Shown here one piece after another: positions 57,423 to 64,000 of a stretch of 64,000 nucleotides of DNA. This DNA comes from Actinomycetales bacterium (lineage in GTDB: Bacteria; Actinomycetota; Actinomycetes; Actinomycetales; CAVURS01): contig JBJMHS010000073.1 in the NCBI GenBank assembly GCA_045807245.1, forward strand, positions 1 to 64,000, given 5' to 3'. Position 1 is the first letter of the stretch, and each line of letters starts with the position of its first letter. The notes under the pieces were generated by a model, which was not told the DNA's origin, searched no databases, and saw only the letters and a list, made by a program, of their open reading frames with translations. Made by a program: the position numbers and the translations under genes.

Positions 57423-58076
57423 GTGCTCTACCGGACCACGGAGCTGATCGGCTACCCGGCGCTGCGCGGCTGGTTCCGGCCGCAGGTGACCGGGCGCGAC
57501 CTGGTACCGCGGGAGGGCGCGGCCATCGTCGCGGCCAACCACTTGTCCGCGGCCGACCAGGTAGTGACGCCGATCTCGGCCCGCCGGCAGGTGCTCTACT
57601 TCGCCAAGGCCGAGTACTTCGAGGCGCCGGGTGTGCGCAACCGCGTGCGCGCCCGCGTGTTCCGCGAGCTCGGGCACATCCCCGTCGACCGGGACGACGC
57701 GCGGGCGGCGGCGTCGACCATCACGATCGGGGCCGAGCTGCTCGAAGAGGGCAAAGTCCTCGGCATCTTCCCGGAGGGAACGAGGTCGCCCGACGGCCGG
57801 CTGCACAAGTTCCGTACCGGCGTGGCTCGCCTCGCGCTGCGGTCAGGGGCACCCGTCGTACCGGTCGGCCTGGTCGGCACCGACCAGATGCTCCGCCCCG
57901 GCACCCACCGGTGGCGGCGTGCGCATGTCGAGGTGCACTTCGGTGCGCCGCTCGACTTCTCCGGACGCGCCGAGGACGAGCGATCCAGCCGGGTCCTGCG
58001 CGAGGTGACCGAGGTCATCCGGCAAGCGGTCCAGCGCCTCTCCGGTCAGGAGTACGACGACACGTACGCCCGCTGA
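57423..58076 (+). CDS. Lysophospholipid acyltransferase (PlsC-like)
   Basis: Motifs NHLSAAD, AKAEYF and FPEGTRS. Confidence 0.92.
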   Translation: MLYRTTELIGYPALRGWFRPQVTGRDLVPREGAAIVAANHLSAADQVVTPISARRQVLYFAKAEYFEAPGVRNRVRARVFRELGHIPVDRDDARAAASTITIGAELLEEGKVLGIFPEGTRSPDGRLHKFRTGVARLALRSGAPVVPVGLVGTDQMLRPGTHRWRRAHVEVHFGAPLDFSGRAEDERSSRVLREVTEVIRQAVQRLSGQEYDDTYAR

Positions 58077-58086
58077 TGGCGCCGGC

Positions 58087-58668
58087 TCAGAAGTTGCTCT
58101 TGAGCGCCCGGAAGGCCTGGACGTACTGCTCGACCTGTTGCATGGTCAGCGCGTTCGGGTCCTCGCCGGCGTCCGCGATGGTGGCGAGCACCGCCGCGAT
58201 CTCGGTGACGGTCGCCTTGGTGGCGGGTCCGGCGTTGTCGGGCCCACTGTCGCGGGCGTGCGCGGCGCGTGCCGCGGCTGCTTCACTGCCGCGCTGCTCG
58301 GCCGCCAGGTCCTCGTCCGGTGCGATATGGCGCCGCCACAGCCGCCAGCCGTCACCGCGGCGACGCCACACGTCGCTCACCGTCTGAGTGCCCATCCGGT
58401 CCTGCCCGTCCACCGTGGCGCTCAACCGCACCTGCTGCAGGACCGCAGCGGTGTCGCCGTCCTCGTGGATGAACCGCTCCAGCACCTCATACCCATGCAC
58501 GTCCTCGAGGTCGAGGGCGGCCAGCCAGCCCTCTCGGTCGAGGGAGGAGACGCTCGGCTCCACCTGCAGGCGCCCGCTGTCTGCGTCCAGCAACGACGCC
58601 GCCAACAGCAGGTCCCGCTCGAGGACGGCCCGGTCGAAGGCGTCGATGGCCTGGGTCAGGTCGCTCAC
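58087..58668 (-). CDS. NTF2-like (DUF4440-like) protein with C-terminal extension
   Basis: AVLERD...LLD, GDTAAV and SDVWRR..DGWRLWRRH, followed by about 70 extra residues. Start is uncertain. Confidence 0.7.
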   Translation of the reverse strand: MSDLTQAIDAFDRAVLERDLLLAASLLDADSGRLQVEPSVSSLDREGWLAALDLEDVHGYEVLERFIHEDGDTAAVLQQVRLSATVDGQDRMGTQTVSDVWRRRGDGWRLWRRHIAPDEDLAAEQRGSEAAAARAAHARDSGPDNAGPATKATVTEIAAVLATIADAGEDPNALTMQQVEQYVQAFRALKSNF

Positions 58669-58767
58669 GTCACGAGGGTCCCACGACGGGGGCACCAAAA
58701 CATCGACCAGATGGTGGTGAAGTCCTCGACCTGCGAGCCGGATCGTCCGCCACTAGCGTCCTGAGAT

Positions 58768-59319
58768 GTGACAGCCGCTGAGGGCGAGCCGCCGGTCGAG
58801 GCGCAGGTCGTGGTCGTCATGGGCGTGTCGGGTTCTGGCAAGTCCACGGTCGCGGTGGGGATCGCGCGGGCCCTGGGCTGGGCGTTCGCCGAGGGTGACG
58901 ACTTCCACAGCGAGGCCAACAAGCACAAGATGGCGTCCGGCCTGCCGCTGACCGACGAGGACCGTTGGCCCTGGCTGCGCACCATCGGGGCCTGGATGGA
59001 CGACCAGCTCCGGGCCGGGCGCAGCGCCGTCGTCACCTGTTCGGCTCTGCGGCGGGCCTACCGCGACCTGCTGCGCGAGGGCCGGCCGACGGTGCGTTTC
59101 TGCGAGCTCGACGCGCCGGAGGGCCTGATCGCCGAGCGGTTGAAGGTGCGACGAGGGCACTACATGCCACCCTCCCTGCTGCCCAGCCAGCTGGCCACGC
59201 TCGAGCCACTTGCCGCCGATGAGCCCGGCGTGCATCTCTCGGTCGCTGCCACGCCGGAGCAGATCGTCCGCGACGCGCTCGCCGCCTTGGAGCTCACGAC
59301 CGAAGGGACCGCACCATGA
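58768..59319 (+). CDS. gntK: Gluconokinase
   Basis: Motifs MGVSGSGKST, EGDDFH..AN..KM..G.PLTDEDRWPWL, CSALRRAYR and SQLATLE. Confidence 0.94.
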   Translation: MTAAEGEPPVEAQVVVVMGVSGSGKSTVAVGIARALGWAFAEGDDFHSEANKHKMASGLPLTDEDRWPWLRTIGAWMDDQLRAGRSAVVTCSALRRAYRDLLREGRPTVRFCELDAPEGLIAERLKVRRGHYMPPSLLPSQLATLEPLAADEPGVHLSVAATPEQIVRDALAALELTTEGTAP

Positions 59320-60896
59320 CCACCTCGATGTCTTTGATCGCCATGGCGGACGCGCCCTCGATCACGTCCGCCGGCAAGACGCAGCTGTTGCTCGCCGCCG
59401 CACTCGGCATCGTCACCGTGGTGGTCCTGATCGCGGCCGCGCGGATCCACCCCTTCATCGCACTGATGCTGGGTACGGCGGTCATGGGCGGTGTCGCCGG
59501 TGTCGCGCCCGCAGACATCGTCACGAGCTTCGTGACCGGGTTCGGCAACACGTTCGGCACCGTGGGCATCCTGGTCGCGCTCGGCGGCATGCTCGGCAAG
59601 CTGCTGGCCGACTCGGGGGGAGCGGACCAGATCGTCGACACGGTGCTGGCCCGCGTCGGCAACCGCGGTCTGCCGTGGGCGATGGCTCTCATCGCGGCCG
59701 TCATCGGACTGCCGATGTTCTTCGAGATCGGCGTCGTCCTGCTGGTGCCCGTCGTGATCCTCGTCGCACGCCGTACCCACAACCCGCTGATGCGCGTGGG
59801 CATCCCGGCGCTGGCGGGCTTGTCGATCCTGCACGGGCTGGTGCCGCCGCACCCGGGCCCGGTGGCGGCGATCAGTGCGTTGCACGCCGACCTCGGGGAC
59901 ACCCTGCTCTTCGGCCTGATCGTCGCCGTTCCGACGCTGGTCATCTGCGGGCCGCTGCTGGCGCGGTTCATCACCCAGCTGGTGCCGGTCGACGTACCGA
60001 CCGAGGGCGCCGCGGCGCTGCTCGGTGCCTCGCTCAGCGACCGGTCGACGTCAACCACCGTCGAGGGCTCCAGGCACGAGGGGTACCCGAACGAAGGGTC
60101 CAGGAACGAGGGGTTCAGGAACGAGGGGTTCAGGAACGAGGGGTTCAGGAGCGGGTCGGGGTCGGAGGGGGACTCCGACGGCGAGCTTGAGCCGTCGTCG
60201 TGGACGTCGCCGACGCCATCGGCGCGGCGCCCGTCGTTCGCGGCGGCGATCCTCGCGATCCTGTTGGCCGTCGTCCTCATGCTGGCCCGGGCCATCGGCG
60301 ACCTGACGATCGACGACGACAAGAGCCAGACCCTGAAGTTTCTGGACTTCATCGGCACGCCGTCCGTGGCGTTGCTGGCCGCCGTGCTGGTCAGCATGGT
60401 GGCCCTCGGCCGGGGCGCCGGATGGGGCCTGCAGCGCACGAACGACTCGCTGGCGTCCGGTCTGCCGCCGCTCGCCGGCATCATGCTCATCGTCGCGGCC
60501 GGTGGCGGTTTCAAGCAGATGATCGTCGACGCCGGCGTGGGCAAGATCATCGGAGACATCGCCGAGGGCTCGCACATCCCGGCGCTGCTCTTCGGCTGGC
60601 TGGTCGCGGTCGCCATCCGGGTCGCCACGGGCTCGGCCACCGTTGCCACCATCACGGCTGCCGGCATCGTGACCTCGGTGGCGGAGAAGCTGGACCGTCC
60701 GCACCTCGCGCTCATGGCCCTGGCCATCGGGGCCGGCTCGCTGTTCTTCAGCCACGTCAACGACGCCGGGTTCTGGCTGGTCAAGCAGTACTTCGGCCTC
60801 ACCTTGTGGGAGACCATCAAGTCCTGGTCGCTCATGGAGACGGCGATCTCCGTCGTCGCGCTGGTCTTCGTGCTGCTGCTAGGCCTCGTCGTCTAG
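59316..60896 (+). CDS. GntP/GntT-family gluconate permease
   Basis: Motifs HPFIAL, LPMFFE, HGLVPPHPGP, ATGSATVA and SHVNDAGFWL. Confidence 0.93.
   Translation: MTTSMSLIAMADAPSITSAGKTQLLLAAALGIVTVVVLIAAARIHPFIALMLGTAVMGGVAGVAPADIVTSFVTGFGNTFGTVGILVALGGMLGKLLADSGGADQIVDTVLARVGNRGLPWAMALIAAVIGLPMFFEIGVVLLVPVVILVARRTHNPLMRVGIPALAGLSILHGLVPPHPGPVAAISALHADLGDTLLFGLIVAVPTLVICGPLLARFITQLVPVDVPTEGAAALLGASLSDRSTSTTVEGSRHEGYPNEGSRNEGFRNEGFRNEGFRSGSGSEGDSDGELEPSSWTSPTPSARRPSFAAAILAILLAVVLMLARAIGDLTIDDDKSQTLKFLDFIGTPSVALLAAVLVSMVALGRGAGWGLQRTNDSLASGLPPLAGIMLIVAAGGGFKQMIVDAGVGKIIGDIAEGSHIPALLFGWLVAVAIRVATGSATVATITAAGIVTSVAEKLDRPHLALMALAIGAGSLFFSHVNDAGFWLVKQYFGLTLWETIKSWSLMETAISVVALVFVLLLGLVV
60066..60155 (+). 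repeat. In-frame 15-bp tandem repeat (6 degenerate units) inside the permease
   Basis: Unit GGGTTCAGGAACGAG; encodes GSRHE-GYPNE-GSRNE-GFRNE-GFRNE-GFRSG. Confidence 0.9.
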
Positions 60897-61074
60897 GCGA
60901 CCGGATGCGACCCGCCCGGCGTCCTGGGCGCCTTGCCCGAGGGTGTGCCGTTCCGCCCAAGTCCTTGAATCGTCCGTGGTGCCTGATCCATGCTGTGAGT
61001 GCCCCAAGCAGCGCGGGCGACGGCCCACCCACGAAGGAAAGGCCTTGGCTGACGAACCCGTGTACGCAGGAGGC

Positions 61075-61440
61075 ATGCCGCCAGGCGAGGTCGTGAGCGA
61101 CCGGGAGCCTCCGGCCCCGGTACCGGACCAGCGCGAAGTCGAGGTGGTCCTGAACGGCGCGACGACCGTCGTCCGGCTACGCGGAGAGGTCGACCTGTCG
61201 CTGTCCGACGTGCTCGCGCACGCCTACGGGCAGTGCGTGGCCCGGGCGCTTCCGGTGCGGCTCGACCTGAGTGCGTTGTCGTTCATCGACTCCACCGGCA
61301 TCGGCTTCGTTGCCCGCCTCGCTGCCCTGGAGCAGACGGCCGGCCGCCGGCTGGCCATCGTCGGCGCCAGCCGTCGTACCAGCGAGACGTTGTCCCTCAC
61401 CGGGTTGGACGAGCTGCTGGAGCTCGACGAGCCGTCCTGA
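61075..61440 (+). CDS. STAS-domain anti-sigma factor antagonist
   Basis: Motifs VRLRGEVD, LDLSALSFIDSTG and LSLTGLD. Start may be 61093. Confidence 0.88.
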   Translation: MPPGEVVSDREPPAPVPDQREVEVVLNGATTVVRLRGEVDLSLSDVLAHAYGQCVARALPVRLDLSALSFIDSTGIGFVARLAALEQTAGRRLAIVGASRRTSETLSLTGLDELLELDEPS

Positions 61441-61450
61441 GCCGTAGCGC

Positions 61451-61660
61451 TCAACCCCACCAGTGTGAAGGGCCGACCGCAGGTGACGGCGCGCGCCGGG
61501 TCAGGTCGATGAACATCTGCTCGACGTCCTCCGAGCGCTGCCGCGGCGTGGCGCCGGGCAGGACGACCACCGGCTCGTCGATAATGATCTGGGCCGGAGC
61601 GGCCCGCCTGACATCCCGGTGAGCCGGCTTGCGCGCTTTCGACCGCGTTTGCTCCGGCAT
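61451..61660 (-). CDS. Small hypothetical protein
   Basis: 69-aa ORF filling the gap and ending SHWWG; no recognisable motif. Confidence 0.45.
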   Translation of the reverse strand: MPEQTRSKARKPAHRDVRRAAPAQIIIDEPVVVLPGATPRQRSEDVEQMFIDLTRRAPSPAVGPSHWWG

Positions 61661-61762
61661 GACGTTCGACACGGTGGACCCACCCCCGTCCGGGCACAAC
61701 TCGTGGCCACTGTTTCGACCGTGATCAGTGCAGCACTCTCCGTCGCGGCCCGCAACCCCTGT

Positions 61763-62038
61763 TCACCCGGTTCCTGCGTCGGCACCCTCCCCGGGCTCCG
61801 AGCTCGCGGACGGGTCGACCGCCGGCTGCTCATCCGGACGCTCCTCCGGATAACCACCGCCGTCCACGCCGGGCTTGTCGGAGCTGCTCCCCATCCGTCC
61901 GGTCCGGGGCTGGTCGTCAGTCACCGGGCGGTTGTCCTCCAGGTGCCGCACATGCTCGGCGTCGTAGTGGTCGGCGTCCAGCTCACGCGGGTCCACGCCG
62001 CGGCCGGCCGGTTCGTCCGTCCATCGTCCGTTGCCCAT
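61763..62038 (-). CDS. Small acidic, probably disordered hypothetical protein
   Basis: Strong RBS AGAGGAGG before the ATG; rich in D, E, G and P. Confidence 0.65.
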   Translation of the reverse strand: MGNGRWTDEPAGRGVDPRELDADHYDAEHVRHLEDNRPVTDDQPRTGRMGSSSDKPGVDGGGYPEERPDEQPAVDPSASSEPGEGADAGTG

Positions 62039-62054
62039 ATGTCCTCCTCTGCTC

Positions 62055-62627
62055 TTACGACCGGGCCAGGAGCGGGGCCAACGGTTCGGGCACGGCGAGG
62101 TCACCCCGCAACTGCCCGCCGCGCAACGGTGCCACCCGCAGGCGGCCGCCGTCCCCCGCCGTCACCCCCGACTCCCGCGCGGGCAGAAAGCCGAACTGGT
62201 CGAGGAACGTCTCGTCGTACGGCGTCACGACCGCCGCGTAGCCCTCGTCGGCCACCATCTCGACCGCGAACTGCACCAGGTACGTCCCGACCCCGTGGTG
62301 GCGAGCGCCCGGTGCGACCGCCAGGGGCGCCAGCACCAGGACCTCGTCGGTGCCGGTTCGGGCCGGCGTCAGCCTGAGGTATCCGACGACCTCGCCCGCA
62401 CCGACCGCAGACATGTCCGCGCCCGGCCGCCGCTCGGACCGAACGGCGAGCAACCCGCGGGCGCCCGGGACGTCGGCGCTTCTGAGGCGGTCGACGAGAT
62501 CGCTGACGTCGGTACGGCGGAACGCTGTCCCCAGCAGGTCGGCCACCGCCGGGCGGTCGTGCGGTGTCTCGTCCCGGACCATCGGAGGCGGCGCACCGAC
62601 CACGTCGGACTCGAACCCGTTCATCAT
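62055..62627 (-). CDS. GNAT-family N-acetyltransferase
   Basis: Motifs VRDETPHD, AF......LVDRLR, LAPLAVAP..R..GVGT.L and FGF. Start is uncertain. Confidence 0.8.
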   Translation of the reverse strand: MMNGFESDVVGAPPPMVRDETPHDRPAVADLLGTAFRRTDVSDLVDRLRSADVPGARGLLAVRSERRPGADMSAVGAGEVVGYLRLTPARTGTDEVLVLAPLAVAPGARHHGVGTYLVQFAVEMVADEGYAAVVTPYDETFLDQFGFLPARESGVTAGDGGRLRVAPLRGGQLRGDLAVPEPLAPLLARS

Positions 62628-62680
62628 CTGACTCTTGCCCACGGCGGCCGGACGCGCATCTGGAGACATCGACTGTCCGG

Positions 62681-63196
62681 TCAGGAACGCAGTGCGGCCT
62701 TCGGCATGACCCACCACAGCAAAGTCAGGAGCACCAGCGTCGAGGTGCCCGCGATGACCGCAGCAACGCCGTTGACCACCATCGCGAAGATGAACGCGGT
62801 GACGTCGGTGACTGCGAGCGCCAGCAGGACCAGGCCGGCCCGAGCCGCTCGGTCGGCCACCGTGACGAGGCGGTCACGTTCGTGACGGCGGAACAGGACC
62901 CGATGGACGGCCACCGGTGAGACGAGCAGACCGGTCGCGCCGATGGACAGCACGACGGCGACCAGGTAGAGCCCATGCTGGTAGGTGGGCAGGCTCGGGA
63001 ACCGTTGCTGCAAGGGCAGGCTCAGCAGGAAGGCGGTCAGCAGCTGCACGCCGGTCTGGGTGACGCGCAGCTCTTGCAGCAGCTCGTTCCAGTGCCGGTC
63101 CAGCCGCTCGGTCGGCGTCTCGTTGCGCCCGCCGAGCTGGTTGCCCCGCAGGCCGTTGTGATCGGCCCGCAGGTCGTCGTCCTCGCGCTCAGCCAC
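62681..63196 (-). CDS. DUF6328-family membrane protein
   Basis: RNETP.ERLDR.WNELLQELRVTQTGVQLL..FLL and PVA.HR.LFR. Confidence 0.88.
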   Translation of the reverse strand: MAEREDDDLRADHNGLRGNQLGGRNETPTERLDRHWNELLQELRVTQTGVQLLTAFLLSLPLQQRFPSLPTYQHGLYLVAVVLSIGATGLLVSPVAVHRVLFRRHERDRLVTVADRAARAGLVLLALAVTDVTAFIFAMVVNGVAAVIAGTSTLVLLTLLWWVMPKAALRS

Positions 63197-63206
63197 CCGT
63201 CGGATG

Positions 63207-64000
63207 CTATCCAGCCGGCGGCGCCTCGCCCACCGGAGCAGGCTGCACCCCCAGAGCGAGCTCGTCCACCAGCGCGAGGAGCTGCGCGATGTCGAACGGC
63301 TTGGCCAGGTAGTCGACGGCGCCCTCCGCCTTGAGCCGGGAGATCAGGCCCGGTGTCGCGTCGGCGCTCACGATGACCACCGGGATCTGCTTCGTCTCCA
63401 GATCGGCTTGTAGCCGGCGCAACGCCTCGGCGCCCGGCATGTCGGGCAGGTTCAGGTCGAGCAGGATGAGGTCGGGCAGGTGGGTTCGGGCCAGGTCCAG
63501 GCCGAGGCTGGCCTGCATGGTGACCATCGCCTCGACGCCCTCTCTCATGGCCAGGATCCGTTGCACCAGACGGGTGTTCGCCTGGTTGTCCTCGATGTAC
63601 AGCACCTTGGCGCGCGGGCGGTCGGCGTGAACCTCAAGCGTGTACGGCTCGACCACGGATAGCTCTTCCGAGGTCGCCGGGGCGTCCAGGTCCAGCTCGA
63701 CCCAGAACGTGCTCCCGTGGCCGACCGCACTCTTCGCTCCGATCGCGCCGTTCATCGCCTCCACCAGGCGCTTGGTCAGGGTCAGTCCGAGACCGGTCCC
63801 CTCCACTTCGGTGTGCTCAGCCCCGAGCCGGTCGAAGGGCATGAACAGCCGGCTCATGCCGTCCTCGTTGATGCCGATGCCCGTGTCGACGACGACCAGA
63901 CGGACGCGGGTGTCGGAGACCTTCTCGCAGTGGACGCCGACGGTGCCGCTGTCCTTGTTGTACTTGATGGCGTTCGCCAACAGGTTCAGCACGACCTGGC
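63207..64000 (-). CDS. Hybrid histidine kinase / receiver protein, 5'-truncated by the window edge
   Basis: HATPase motifs NLLANAIKYN, DTGIGI and GTGLGL, then receiver motifs LYIEDN, LLDLNLP, SADA and KPF. Confidence 0.92.
   Translation of the reverse strand, partial: QVVLNLLANAIKYNKDSGTVGVHCEKVSDTRVRLVVVDTGIGINEDGMSRLFMPFDRLGAEHTEVEGTGLGLTLTKRLVEAMNGAIGAKSAVGHGSTFWVELDLDAPATSEELSVVEPYTLEVHADRPRAKVLYIEDNQANTRLVQRILAMREGVEAMVTMQASLGLDLARTHLPDLILLDLNLPDMPGAEALRRLQADLETKQIPVVIVSADATPGLISRLKAEGAVDYLAKPFDIAQLLALVDELALGVQPAPVGEAPPAG

Noticed and set aside
60066..60155. Tandem repeats considered as a possible CRISPR array
   Set aside because: The 15-bp units have no spacers, lie in frame within a CDS, and no cas genes are present.
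62606..62620. GGACTCGAACCCG matches the tRNA-Leu T-arm and was considered as an att site
   Set aside because: Only about 13 bp, inside a GNAT coding region, with no acceptor-stem sequence and no integrase.
1..64000. Many long alternative-frame and antisense ORFs in the track (e.g. 458-2143, 23862-26345, 36307-38775 and 38779-41544 extensions)
   Set aside because: These are shadow ORFs expected at very high GC; they are R/P/G/A-rich and overlap well-supported genes. Real starts were trimmed to motif-supported positions.

Overview
64 kb of chromosome from a very GC-rich actinobacterium, with about 70 CDS and one tRNA-Leu(TAG). No rRNA, CRISPR array, integrase or IS transposase is visible. All calls come from reading motifs by eye; no database search was run. 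The left end is a conserved actinobacterial core block (pncA-pncB-clpS-DUF2017-[murI slot]-MBL hydrolase-rph-rdgB ... tRNA-Leu-bcp-DUF3618-GroES-like). The rest is accessory: a Mo-oxidoreductase/fasciclin pair, Fur facing an LLM-hemerythrin fusion, a two-component system, a GT1 glycosyltransferase, a GGDEF protein, a polyol ABC operon, codA with a nucleobase permease, copper genes, efflux and redox genes, gluconate genes and signalling genes. Two diverged DUF222-HNH elements lie in inverted orientation, each with a RecA-NDp/PafBC-type promoter. The best candidate for an undescribed system is 35234-40569: an SsnA-type deaminase and a signal-peptide-less CPAF-like S41 protease, converging on a protein built from two tandem uracil-DNA-glycosylase-like domains of which the second looks catalytically degenerate. 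Other notable points are (i) a 16-codon apparent murI deletion scar, (ii) a tandem pair of small paralogous single-TM proteins, and (iii) a 3-TM protein plus a 55-aa proline-rich peptide sharing the N-terminus MAW[ST]GPN beside the tRNA.
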